DNA of 60,287 nt, the filler included, from Globobulimina sp. (Eukaryota): assembly GCA_003354225.1 (NCBI GenBank). It is 7 parts of 7 records of this genome, joined end to end, with 100 filler letters (N's around TTAATTAATTAA, not from the genome) between each part and the next. Parts side by side here need not be neighbours in the genome. Positions count along the whole stretch, not along the records: positions 8,683 to 17,243 come from PIVH01000076.1; positions 17,344 to 25,899 come from PIVH01000077.1; 5 more parts are not named here. One strand, 5' to 3'. The position numbers and the translations under genes were made by a program. Positions 8,683-21,546 of this stretch are shown here, one piece after another (within the stretch, counting starts at the first letter, position 1; each line of letters begins with the position of its first letter). The notes under the pieces were generated by a model. The model saw only the letters and a program-made list of their open reading frames with translations. It made no database searches and had not been told where the DNA came from.

Positions 8683-11361
8683 TGCGGAGGGAGATGGCGA
8701 CGGCGAGGTAGACAATGTGGATGTTAATATTTGTTTCTTTGCGTTGGAAAGCGGAGAGATTGGCGATTCGGGAGATATTGATTGGCTTATTCTGATTAAA
8801 GAGGACTGCTGCTCCTCCTCCGCCGATATCGATGGAGGCAGTGCCAACGGCAACGGCAAAGGCAAAGGCAATGGAGGTGGCGGCGGAGGAGTGTTGGTGC
8901 TGGTGGTCGATGACGATATTATCGGCTCAATCATTGGCGGTGCTATTTGTGCGATATTGTCCATTTTATGGTTATGGTTATGATGGTGATGGTGGCCATG
9001 ATGATGATGGCTATGATGATGACTATGATGATGGTGATGACTGCGATGTCGTTTAAGTGAGCGTGGATTATTAATTTTATTTAATAATAATATGGTCTTT
9101 GCTTGTATATTTAATCTGTTTTGATGTAATTTGTTGATCTGTTCAGTGGTAAATTGTATATGTTTCTGTTGATTTGTATATTCCAATCGTTTGTAGTCCA
9201 CAACGTGTTGGATCATTGACATTAAAAGTTTTGGATTTGGCGGTTTGCCAACAAAAGGATGGCTGATTAACTCTTTTAAAGATAATCGTTTTGTAAAAAT
9301 TTGATTTAATAAATCCAACGAATCGTTAGAGACATAATCCAATAAACAATTGGTTTGTAATAAATTAAATACGCCGCACTCTTGTAAAGATTTAAAATTT
9401 ATATCCAATTCTTTTTCATTTATATTTTTCCCCGTATTTATATCTTTCATTGTGCTCAAATCGATTTTACAATTTTTATTCCCGTTTAAATAGCCATACT
9501 GGCTCGGATTCTGTTGGTCCTTTTCAATATAAAATGGTGTGTCGTACGGCAAGGTGCAGGTTAACATGCAAAATAAGACGATGCCCAATGCGTAAATGTC
9601 TTCCTTCGAGGCATCATAAGCCTGCGCATATTTATATTTTAAAAATAATGCAGATTCAGGCGACATATATCGACATTTTCCCGGATAGGTTGAAACTGTA
9701 AAATCGTACTTTTCAAACTCATATTGATTCGGATTCGGATTCGGATTTTGATTCTGATTCTGATGTAATTTGCAGATGGTGGCGCGACCAAAATCAATTA
9801 GTTTGACCAGAAAATGACCGTTGGAATCAAAATGAAGAACAAAATTCTCGCATGAAATGTCTAAGTGTGCAATGCCTTGGCAATGCAAGATATAAATGGC
9901 CTGCACCATCTGTTGAAATACGAATTTCACCAATTCAATATATGCGTTACTGCCATCTTGAGAGAGGTGCAGCGAATCTCTATAAACATTGATTGACAAT
10001 TCACGCAATTTATTGTTTTTTATTTGATCAATTCGATAAATGTTTAATTTCTTATCTCTATAAATAATGCCATGATAGGCATCGATAAATAATAATAATT
10101 CGCCACAATTTGCAAATTCAGTCACCATAAAATAGCATTTCTTATCAACATCTTCCCAGTGCTCAATTAATTTTATTATATTCTTGTATGGTTCCTGCAG
10201 CCAGGCCAATAACGGCTTATTTAATAACAGGTTGTGATACGCATTCCGATAGATCAATTTTGTGATTTTTATTTCTTGGATGGCCTTCTCTTTCACCGGG
10301 ATGCCCGACAATGTTATGCCTAAATCGCAGCATTGCTTATCGTAATATTTTATTGCCAGTGTCGGTTTTGACGAGTAATTATTGATTAAATTGGTGACAT
10401 TGGGCCCGCCGTTGCCATTTATCACCTGTTCAATGAAACTGTCGCAATATTCGTAGCCAATGTATATGCATCCTTGCAACGTCTTGGCCTCCACTCCCAA
10501 ATTTAAATAATATTTGCCAGTTTTACACGAAAGGATGTATGAACCAATCGGTAAGCGGATCGAATCAAACTTGGAGACACTCTGATTATCCTCATTATGA
10601 TTATGCATATGATTGCAATTGTGATTATTGCGGTTTTTAGTGTATGTAATTAACCATTTTAAGTTTTTCTGCGCTTCGTGAACTTGCTGGGCCCACCGTT
10701 GCATTGTAAATAAAAATTGTAATCTCCGCGATAAGGTTGATATCTTTGTAGCAAATGAGATGTCGTTAATATTTGATTGGTTTAATAATTGTTTATATAT
10801 TTGTTGCTGTAATTGTTGGTCCGATACACTCAGTTTTTTCTCATCAATCAGAGCGTTTAACTGTTTTGTCGACACATGTAATAATTTCACGACATTCTCA
10901 TTCTCGTTATCATTGTCATTGTCATTGTCATCGTCATTCTCATTATCAAAGTCATCCTCAATGCCATACTCGTTATCATTATCATTATCATTATCATTTT
11001 CAATCTCTTGTTGAATATTAATATTATCCACATTTTTCCGACCCTGCTTTTTTGGGGGATTCGTCACAGAGATATTTGGTGAATTATTATTATTATTATT
11101 ATTATTTTGTTGTTGTCTTTGCATTTGTTCCATTTGCTGCATTTGCTGCAGTTGCATTTGTTGCAGTTGTTGAATTTGTTGAAGCCGTAATTGTTGGAGC
11201 TGTATTTGTTGTGCATATGTACTGCTTTGTTGGTATTGTTGCTGTGGCATTGCTTGCATTTGTTGCATTTGTTGCATTTGTCTTAGTTGCTCCATATACT
11301 GAAGTTCTTGCATGTATTGTTCATGCTGTTGTGGTGTCAATTGAGCCATTTGAGGATTCAT
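8683..11361 (-). CDS. Ser/Thr protein kinase with Gln-rich N-terminus and His/Pro-rich C-terminus, 3' truncated
   Basis: LAIKYY (beta-3 Lys), HLDISCEN catalytic loop, DFG, GKCRYMSPE, DIYALG. Confidence 0.9.
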
Positions 11362-11550
11362 TTTTTTCCTTTTTTTTTGTTTACGTATATGTTTTCACGA
11401 AATGAGAGCAATTTGAAGCTAAAGCTAAACGATGACTAGGTCACTTGGAAGGAAAATATAATGTTAAAAACGAAAACGATACTTAATCCTTAGATTTCTA
11501 AAAAAAACATGCTCGCAAGCATAATAATTGTATTTTGTCAGTAAAATCGA

Positions 11551-11586
11551 GGCTGGTAACGTGTTTTCAGAAACACGTTATCAGCC
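11551..11586. repeat. 16-bp inverted repeat (hairpin)
   Basis: GGCTGGTAACGTGTTT-TCAG-AAACACGTTATCAGCC with one G-T pair. Confidence 0.85.
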
Positions 11587-11870
11587 GAGATTATGTAACT
11601 GACTTTTGATACAATGTTTTACCAAAAAAAATGACCATACAGCGAATTTTGCCATAATTTATAATCTTCATATTTATGTTTTCGGCTTTTTGATTAGTTT
11701 CATGGGATAAATATATCACAATTTATTCACAAAACAAAACAACACAAAACAGATAATATATTCATAACTCGATGACATTAAAATACGAACGAGATCGACA
11801 TGCAACGGTCGATGACATTAACTCAAAGTCCAAAGCTTTTTTAAGCTTTACATCAAAAACAATGGATGCT

Positions 11871-12268
11871 GGCGGAGCGAAGCGACTCATCCATGGATAT
11901 ATGGTATTTATTAATGTATTTATGGCGGCGACGGAGTCGCCTCATCAATGGATATCGAATTTATTATGGTACATATGGGCGGCGACGGAGTCGCATCAAC
12001 GACCGATATAAAACGTATTTTTATGGTATCTATGGGCGGCGACGGAGTCGCCTCATTGGTCGAAACATATTTTATTATGGTATCTATGGATTATTGTATC
12101 TATGGCGGCGACGAAGTCGCCTTATCGGTTTCGCGAAACCGAATTTATTATGGTATCTATTGCGGCGACGGAGTCGCCTTATCGATAGAGGCGAATTTAT
12201 TATGTGATGAATAGCTATTATGGTATCTATGGGCGGCGACGAAGTCGCCTCAGCGGTCGAAACCGATT
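11871..12268. repeat. Degenerate tandem array with GGCGAC-G(G/A)A-GTCGCC hairpin cores
   Basis: Cores at 11927, 11981, 12038, 12107, 12164 and 12235, each preceded by TATGGTATCTATGG-like sequence. Periods 54-71 bp. A degenerate first unit lies near 11871. Confidence 0.92.
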
Positions 12269-12277
12269 TTTTCTATT

Positions 12278-12340
12278 GTGATGATAGCTCATTGGAGCAT
12301 CTTATTAAATAAGATTTGGGTTCAAATCCCAATCATCACA
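12278..12340 (+). ncRNA. Miniaturised tRNA-like element with Pol III A and B boxes
   Basis: Acceptor stem GTGATGA/TCATCAC, D stem GCTC/GAGC, anticodon-arm stem ATCTT/AAGAT, T stem TTGGG/CCCAA with TTCAAAT loop, followed directly by T6. Confidence 0.7.
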
Positions 12341-13609
12341 TTTTTTGTTTTTTATTTTGTGATGCAGCCAATGTGTGTTTTTTTCACGTACAAGTTGTGT
12401 TTTTCGTTTCTATTTTACTACATCTAGGGCTTTTGTAAGCTAAAGTTCGTTAACAATAAAACAGTTTTACTGGCGTTTTTTTTGGTAAAATGAATTATTC
12501 ACTTCAAATAATACTTGTTTCTGTTGACTATAATTTCGTTGTGTTGACTGTGTTTTCTTTTCGTGTCTTTTTGTTTACAAAAGGCACAAAATCGTACCGT
12601 TTCTGTGGAAAGAACTCTAATGTTTGTATATATTGCATTTCATCTGAAACACTTTGTTTCTTTCTGTTTTTATATGTGTCATACTGTCATTATTTATTAA
12701 ATATGGACATATGCCATAATTATGATTTTTTTTAATTTAATTTAATAGTTCGAAGGAGAATGAGTACAGTTTTACAAAACATAGCGTAACACAAAAATAC
12801 CACGTTTCAAACAACATAATTAAAGCACACAGCACAAAGGGAAAAGGAAAAGGGGAAAAAAAAGAGAAACTAAAATGAAGGCTGAATAGCTAGCAATTAT
12901 TGTAAAACAAACAAAAGTCAACAACTGAACACATACACACAACACAACAAACACAACAAGCAAAGGACACAAAGGCGAAAATATTACCGATTAAATGAGT
13001 AATACATTTAAATGTGTTTTCATTGAGTGACAATGTTACAATTTAAATTGCATTTTTTTTTAATATTAATATGCAAAAAAAACAAATATTTTTGAATAAA
13101 AAATAAAAAAAAGGGGGAAGGGGGACGTTGAACAAATTTTAATTATGTATAATTTTTATAACAATATCATAACTAATTAATTTTATTAATACAATATAAG
13201 CGATGCAGATTTAGAGTATACAGTTTTTTTTTTAATTTTTGTTGATGTTTCGCCCGCTTCCGTGCTAGTTTTAATCTGTACATCAACAAAAAATAGATGT
13301 CACATAAATATAAATATAAATAAACGATTATTAGAATTCGTGCATTAACTGAATCGAAAGCAAAGTCACTAATTCAGTACAATTTTATTCGTCCCAGCCA
13401 CGATATCAAGGTTTCTAAAAACTTTATGATATAAAAAATGGAGGTAATTATGTATTATATCCTTTTCAACATAAATATGATTGATATGATTAAACATTTA
13501 TTCGATTAGTCTAATAAATATAGACTGTAGACGGATAAAATAAACGTACTGAATTATCGACTTTGCTTTCAATTCAGTTAAATGCACTAATTCTATTCGC
13601 AATGATGTT

Positions 13610-14038
13610 TTAGGAAACATAATAGATTTTAACTGGAATTGGGAGAGTTTGTTGCTGCGAATCTGTATAAGTTGGTGATGGAGAGAATAATTCCTCAAAA
13701 TATGCAGAATCATCACGTTTCATGCTCGCAGGCTCAATGGTTGAGAAATCAACGCGTCGTAAATAGGCTGATCCCATTTGGATAGTCATCTTAAGAGAAG
13801 ACGGAGTTTCTTTTTTTTTGGATAATTTAGAGAGTGATTTTGATAAAGATTTTAATGAATTTGCACTTTTGGATAGCGATCGTGAGAGTTTTTTAATTTT
13901 GTATGCGAAATAATCACTGCAAGATGAACCCTCTGATTCTGAGTTTGTATCATCTGGGCGAGGCGCAGCAGTATCCATTGCGTCGTTGTTGCTGTTGCTG
14001 ACGGATTGTTGTCTGGAAGGCATTTGTCGCTTAAACAA
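13610..14038 (-). CDS. Hypothetical Ser-rich protein, possibly the first exon of a spliced gene
   Basis: 142-codon open frame divergent from the gene at 14114; no family motif. Confidence 0.35.
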   Translation of the reverse strand: MFKRQMPSRQQSVSNSNNDAMDTAAPRPDDTNSESEGSSCSDYFAYKIKKLSRSLSKSANSLKSLSKSLSKLSKKKETPSSLKMTIQMGSAYLRRVDFSTIEPASMKRDDSAYFEELFSPSPTYTDSQQQTLPIPVKIYYVS

Positions 14039-14113
14039 AGGTAACTTAGAAAATTGTCTTAAAAAAAAGAGTTTTAATTAAAAAAACTTTGAAACAAAAA
14101 AAACGCCCAAACC

Positions 14114-17100
14114 ATGGAGCTGGCTGTGATATTTGCAATTATTTTAGGACTCTCGTCATTTTCATGTGGTTTCATAACAATGGTTATATTTTATAAAAAA
14201 CGAAAAGAGAAATCAAGCAATGATTTAGCTGCCCGCTTACCCTCATTAGTAACAATTGAAATAATATTATTGTTGTGGTATTTAATGATCTGTACACCTT
14301 TAACGTTATATTTATACTTTTACTTTTCAGAGAATAATGTTGTGGCGTCCACCATATTCATTTTGTCATTCATCCCAATTTACACAACACATATTATCCG
14401 CATTTGGCTATTTCAACTGAAATATGTCATAACTTCATTGTCGATGTTAAATCAGTTAGGCATTGTAAAATGGAAAGACATTAGAAACCAAATATGGACG
14501 AAAATATATTATAAACATAAATGGCTACACAGCATATCCATTTTACTCATAATATCCATGATATTGGATATAATATTAACTATCATATATTTATCATTGT
14601 CATTAATTAACATCCAATATGGATTATACTTAAATATTATCATATTCACTCTGTTAACATTATGCATAGTTATCGGTGCTTTTTCTATCAAATCGTTCAA
14701 CGATCCATTCAATATATTTCAGGAAGAAGTTACGTGCATTGTTCTACATCATATACACAATAAAAATAAAAAAATAACCAACACAGATCATGGTACTCTT
14801 CATATGGTTCATTGCATTGATAATCCTCGCCATATTTGCTATTTTTTTATGGAGCAATTTGCTAACACATAAATCGTGGACAATCACAGTGACATTCCTC
14901 AGCGATATAGCTGCCACACTGTCCATTTTAATCCATTTCCATTTCAATCATAAATCCATTGAAGCCGCACAAAAAAATCTGCCATCGCTGGGCATAATAG
15001 TTTCAACCAAGGAAGGATTAGAAAAATTTCTCAGGTTTCTTGTGGCTGAATTAAGTGTTGAAAACCTCGAATTTTTCACATTATCCATGCGATGGCGACA
15101 CCGCTTGGTATTACGTGATAAGCGCAGAGCGCGTAAGCGAGCCAGTAAAATATCGAAATCTGCATTGATTCCAACCCAAAGCAAAGCAAATACTCAGAAT
15201 AGTAATCACCAGCTATGTGTATCAGATCTTTTACACGCTGCAAACAATAGAAATGTCCCAGACAGCCCAGAAAGTCCAAACAGTCCAAATACTGCAACAT
15301 TCACATATACACCACGCGAACAGTTAAAAATTAACATTTTTTATTGTATTAATACATTTTAACGATTTCGTAATGAATTTGCACAGAACATCACCGGTTG
15401 GAGAGGCGTTGAAGAAAATGAAAAGACGCAGCAAATTGGGAGATATATCTGAGATGATATCGATATTTACATCGCCAACCTCAACCAACAGCAAATCAGC
15501 AAATACACCAAAAAAAAGAGTAACAAACACCAGTCTCGGTTTGCTAGCATTTCAAAAACAAAATCCTGGCAATGAAGCACAGACTCATTTGGAACAATTA
15601 CCGTTTCCAATATTGACCTTTGGTATATATGTGCTGCTACTTTTTTTTTTTTATATGTTTTTTATTGTTAACAGAGTTTTTGGACCGAGATGTTATCAAA
15701 AATGGAGAGCAAACAGCACAAAAGTCCAACAATTCAAATTTGAAACCGTCGCTGCAAAAAAAGAAAAATACAATGAGTGAAACGTACGTGCTGGAATTCA
15801 GCAAAACGCGCACAAAAACATTGACAGCGCAGCCACCGTTAACAAAGAAGGGAACCACGACAGAAACAGTCGTGTCTCTGTTTTTTGAGCAATATGATGT
15901 GATGCAAATAAATAAACGCCGCATGACTGAAATAAGCAAAACCAACACAGCTCACACACTTACAAGGAACACCCGTACCAATACAAATCAGTCCAATATC
16001 TCGAAAACTGTGTTCACAAAAACTGGAGCAAACATATCCAATTTAACATTACAGACACAAACCGAAAGCAATGTGAAATCAGCTACCATCACCGGTGTGT
16101 AACATGTGTACTTATATGTGATTCGACAACGGCGCAATGTATACAATCTAAAATGTTTGCACATTTTAGTAAACAAACATATACACAGTTTTATTGTATA
16201 TGTAAACGCTCAGTTTTCACGATATGTACAAACATTTTATATTGAATGGTCACAAAAAAATATTGCATTTTTTTGGAATGAACCACAATTAACTTTTCAG
16301 AAAACGTTATTGTCCATGTTTCGTTTCTGTTATTAAGCTAAATCATCGACGCTTGAAACGTTTCTACAATCTACGATAACATAAAGCGGTGTCAACTGCA
16401 TGATATTAATACGTTTCTCATGTAACAATATGTTATATGTACTATGTAGGTACACCTGGCACCAACACAGGAACAGGAACCATCACAATCAGTGTCAAAA
16501 AGAAATCTATTCATTTGAATGTAACCCCCGCTCAGGAACCACTACAACCGGACGACAATTCGTTGAGTTTCAAAGAAATTGATTTGCAAACACCTGTTCC
16601 TGACACACCTATTCCTGCAATAAAACGACAAAAACGGTCCTCATCCACGTTGACGAAAAGCCAAAACAAAGTTGTGCCGATTACGCCATTCTTCTCTGCC
16701 TCGGGCAGTGGTTCGCTACACAATAATTTGGACTATTCTGGGGAGTTTATATTAACTCCAAATAATATGGAACCGGTTAAGGAAGAGCTTGAATTGGACG
16801 CTGATGGCAATGTCAACATTGTCAACTTGCCCAAACAGAAAAGTATTACTGTGACAATACAGAAAGTTGATGAGGACAGAAAAGGTCCACGTACTTCGCG
16901 CTCAGCGCGCACTGCGACTCCCTCAACTTTTGGTAGTGAAAGAAAATCGAAATCTGGATCCATTGTTGAGGAAGAAAAAAAATCTGGACATCAACTGCAG
17001 GATTCTGATCATAATCAGATTCAAAATACTTTGTCCAACATACAAGTGGATGAAGTGGTGACTGCCAATAATAAAAATATGTTAATAAACAGATTAAGTG

Positions 17101-17243
17101 TGTGGAAAATGGACGATTCCAATGAAGAAAAAAAAGGTAATATTAATGCTGATGTTGGTGGTAGCGGTAAGGAGAGGAATACAGTGACTTTTGGTGGTTG
17201 GTTTGACGATGATGCAGCATTTGAAGTGTATGACGAAGAGTGG
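14114..17243 (+). CDS. Multi-exon multi-TM protein with RGS domain (7TM-RGS-like), 3' truncated; exon borders not resolved
   Basis: About seven hydrophobic helices across ORFs 14114 and 14790, then the RGS N-terminal motif GLEKFLRFLVAELSVENLEFF. Successive Ser/Thr-rich frames are separated by short AT-rich intron-like gaps. Confidence 0.65.
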
Positions 17244-17343
17244 NNNNNNNNNNNNNNNNNNNNNNNNNNNNNNNNNNNNNNNNNNNNTTAATTAATTAAN
17301 NNNNNNNNNNNNNNNNNNNNNNNNNNNNNNNNNNNNNNNNNNN
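17244..17343. other. Artificial contig spacer
   Basis: N-run, TTAATTAATTAA, N-run; 100 bp. Confidence 0.99.
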
Positions 17344-17876
17344 TTTGTCTTGCGAGAAGCTCTCAATTTGCACATGTTGTTGTTTTTTCTTTGCAGAAAA
17401 AAGTTCTTAAATAATAATTCATCTTCGCTGTCATCATCTGAATCGTTACTTAATTCCGATTTAGTTTTATAATTAATATTACTTTTTATATTTGTATTTT
17501 TAATTTGATTGTTACGACAGCTTCGAATCATCATCTGTTTTAACATAGTTTTTTCTTCAGAAACTGTATCGGAAATATCATTAATATTCAAATCAAAAGT
17601 ATTCACTCTATTTTTTAAAATATTTGGTTCGGAATCTGTGACTGTACCACTTTTGCGTTTATTAATTATTTTTTCTTTAGTTGAATTTAAATAATTTTTA
17701 AATAATAACTCATCGTCACTCTCATCTTGACCTTGTGAACTGCCATTGACATTAATCACATTATTATCACCAATATTAAACAGTAACAGTTCTGATTCCA
17801 TTTTACTCAATTCATTATTGATGTATTTGGTCAATACATTGTTCGCGTTAATCAATTGAGCAACTGGTGACGACAT
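17344..17876 (-). CDS. Hypothetical protein, 3' truncated
   Basis: Open frame to the contig end with an internal repeat DDELLFKN/EDELLFKN. Head-to-head with MAD1, 75 bp apart. Confidence 0.55.
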
Positions 17877-17951
17877 TATTGCGTTTTTTAGCTGTTTGTT
17901 GTTGAGCTCTTACCCTTTATTAAAAACTTTAATCTAATCAACGTTCTCATC

Positions 17952-20056
17952 ATGTCATCGTCATCGGCATCAACGTCACCGTCCGCCAGCAATCCGCGTA
18001 AACGGCGTAGATTGAACAGCAACCTCGCAACCTCAGATAGAATGCAAGTAATGGTAGGTATTGAAAAAAGAAAAGTAGAGAAATTAAAACAGGAATTATC
18101 TGAAGCAATGACTGCAAAAGATACTGCATTAAAAGAATTAGGACAAATCAAATCCGATACAATCTGTGAAATACAGAATAAAAATAAAGAAATTAACAAT
18201 TTCCAAACAAAATTACAAATATTATATCATGAAAATCAACAATCGAAACAACGAGAAAACACATTAACGCATAAAATAGAAATCATTCAATCTCAAACTG
18301 ATCAATTACAAAAAGAAAATTTTAATTTGAGAGCTAAAGTATATAATAAAAATGGCACGGAGTCCAACAATAAAAATGGCACAAATACGACGCAAAATGG
18401 TCACAAACCAATGAAAAATAATAAAAATTCTGAAATTGAATGCATAAAATTGAAGAAAGAGATTAAAATTAATAATGTAACCATAACATCACAGAATGAG
18501 GAAATAATGCGCTTAGAGGCGCGAATAAAAGAAATGGGAAATAACAACAAACAGTTTCAAGAGTCATTAAACAGAGCATCAAAACATATCGACACATTAC
18601 AAAAACAGTTAAACAAAAAAACAGAAAATCAATCCAATCACGCAAAATCTGGTATTTTTCCTGTTCTTTTTTTATTTTTATATCCTTGCACTCATTGTTT
18701 GCAAATAATTTATTGAATAATAAAGAAATGGAAGATATTATCCAATCATATGAGAGGAAAATAAGATTATTATCATCCTCGTTGGCTGATTATAAAAAGG
18801 AGCGGTTAAAATTAGTGATAATTAGTGAGGAATATGAATTAAATAAGAATAAACATTCAGAATTGAAGCGGAAATATGTATCATTACAGGAATTAAATAC
18901 AAAATATGAGCCAGTTTATAATGAATTGAATGAATGGAAGAATATAATCCGTGATATGTGCAGTAATATGAATGGAGAATGCATCGAAAATGAGTACGAA
19001 TTAAAAATGTGTTTAAAAGAAATGAATGAAAAATATATACTAATCATAAAAGAGAGAGATGAGTATAAGTCAAATATGGTAATAATGAAAAATAAATTCA
19101 ATGATTGTAATAAACAATTATTTAATATTAAACTGGAAAATCAAAGTAATATAAAAGTAAAAGACGATTTAATATCAAAAACGGATAAAATAAACAAGGA
19201 ATTGCTAGAATATAAGAATGAATGTCAAAGTTATAAGAATATAATGAGTACATACAATGTTATGAGTCCATCGACCAATAATCAACAAAAACAAATAAAC
19301 AAATTATATCAAGAAAAGGACAAATTAAATTCGAAAATAAAAGAATTAAACCAAAAAATAAATGCATTAAATCGAAAAATTGAAAATATTTCAAATGAAA
19401 ATATGAAATTACAACAAAATTCCAATGCATTAAATGAGGATTCATTGAATTCAAAAATATTGAGTATGAAAAATAATCCTTTAAAACTAGCGATGGATAA
19501 AAAGAGAAATAAAGAAAAAGAAAAAATTATATTTTATAAGGCCAAAATACATGATTTGGAAACTAAATTAAATAAAAATAAAAAGAACAACAATGATAAC
19601 AACGTTAACGCAGTGGATTTGAGAGTGAATGAGAAATATTACGAATTAGAGAATAAATATAATATTTTAATTAAGAAAAATAGTTTTTTATCAGAAGAGA
19701 TTTTTAATATTTCCAAAGAACTGGGATCATCAAAGAAAATCAATGAAAGAATGAAGACATTATTTGGTAAAAAAGCAGGTGAATATCGGGAGAGAATATA
19801 TCAAATGACAGGATATAATATCTGCCTTCTTGGCGATGGCAAACATTATCGGCTGCAACATTTGTGGATGAACCATGAAAATGATGAAATTATATTACAA
19901 ATTAATAAATTGGGTCAATTACAGTTAAAAGACACAGATTTTATCAGAAATAAAATCGCTAAAGCTTTGCTAAATGAATTACAGAAAAGTCGCTCTCTGC
20001 CCATTTTTTTAAGTAAATTGACCTTGTGTTTGTATAAGGATTCATCTGATGATTGA
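17952..20056 (+). CDS. MAD1: Spindle checkpoint protein MAD1, two exons (intron 18652..18725)
   Basis: Long coiled coil, Mad2-interaction-like motif KILSMKNNP, C-terminal ERMKTLF...YRERIYQMTGY...SLPIFLSKLTLCLY. A GT-AG intron joins the two ORFs in phase. Confidence 0.85.
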
Positions 20057-20247
20057 CATTTTGTATAAGTTTTAATACCTAGTGTTTTATTTAATATTTA
20101 GACATTATGTCATTAACGCAATATTAAAACAAAGACGACTGTACAAGGATAAACTTAGATAACTTCGTTTAAAAGCTGTTTAGCAAAACCAACCAATTCA
20201 AATTAACAATAAATTAAAGTAGATACTCATCAGTCGTCATAAACATT

Positions 20248-21284
20248 TTATAACTTTGAAGGTATTTTTTTCATAATATCAACAGCATCGTTAACAATTC
20301 TTTGTATTAATTGATCGCAAGTTGGGATGTCATTGATCAAAGCCATAGACTGTCCACAAGACCATACAGAACTTTGTGCATCACCCGTTTCTTGAAATGA
20401 TTTCCTGTAATTTTCACCACGAACATATTGATAAATAGCACCAATGTTTCCTGGCTTCTCTTTCTCTATTTTTTGTATAATATCAGAGGTTTTATTTTTA
20501 AACACACGTTCCGTATTTCGCAATGTCTGCATAATGTGTGTAGTGGATCTCTCATCGCCATCAACCAACGCTTGTTTAATGCCCATATGAATGGGCGCCT
20601 CCACTGTTGCCATGAAGCGCGTTCCCATATTTATGCCTTCTGCACCCAATGCAAGTGCTGCTGCCAATTGTTGTCCATTTGCGCAGCCTCCAGATGCTAT
20701 AAAAGGTATCTTTAACTTAGCGGATGCTGCTGGCAATAAAACCCAATTCCCGACAATCTCCTCTCCTAAATATGATTTATATTAATAATATATATTTAAT
20801 AATGCAGCTATTTAATACCTGGGTGACCTCCACATTCGAAGCCGTCCATACTAATAATGTCAGCGCCGACTCTTTCTGCAGTCAATGCATGTCTTATTGC
20901 AACACATTTGTGTATAACTATTCGCCCATTTTTTTTGAATAATTCGATCCATTCTTTTGGATTCCGGCCCGCAGTTTCAATGACTTGGACACCTTCGTCA
21001 ATGATTACTTTTGCAATGCCTGCGTAATCCGGTGGGGTTCCGATAGGCAATAATGTCAAATTTACACCAATCGGCGTATCTGGCGATTTTAACATTGATT
21101 TACATTTTCGTATTTCTTGTCGTAAATCTTCGGCGGATTTCTGAGTTAGAGCTGTTATTACACCTAATCCGCCTGCATTTGATACTGCTGCTGCTAAACG
21201 AGCATATCCGACATAATGCATACCACCGCATATGATCGGATATTTTATATTTAATAATTTTGTTACCCGATTAGTAAGTGCCAT
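20248..21284 (-). CDS. Nitronate monooxygenase / 2-nitropropane dioxygenase family, two exons (intron 20766..20818)
   Basis: YPIICGGM, VSNAGGLG, DGFECGGHPG|EE across the intron, FIASGG, GINMGTRF. Confidence 0.92.
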
Positions 21285-21546
21285 GACTATTGACTACTAG
21301 CTCAGCTGTGTTAGTTTTTGATCGATATTATTCTAAATTCTCAATTCCGGAAATATTTCAACCAGACGAGAATTTCATTATAGGGACTCTGGGTTATGCT
21401 TGTTTTTATTTTATTGGAGATATCACGGATGCAATGGATCCAGTCCTTTCACTATGTTTTAATCAATATAAAAATTATTATTTAAAGTTTTGAAGAAGTC
21501 GTCAGATATAACTGACGTAGATAAGTAGTATGGCCTCAAGTATGTA

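Noticed and set aside
8717-11405. Antisense ORFs over the kinase, and similar ones over PAT1, TRP and LINE ORF2
   Set aside because: These are shadow frames of low-complexity or codon-biased coding sequence on the other strand.
11772-12214. Three overlapping ORFs with repeated peptides (YGRRRSRL, GGDGVAS, AATES)
   Set aside because: All three frames are open only because of the DNA repeat; there is no evidence of coding.
11871-12268. CRISPR array
   Set aside because: The repeats are degenerate, the linkers are related to each other and vary in length, no cas genes are present, and the context is eukaryotic.
20248-21284. Nitronate monooxygenase as bacterial contamination
   Set aside because: It contains a canonical 53-nt GT-AG intron and sits among eukaryotic genes.
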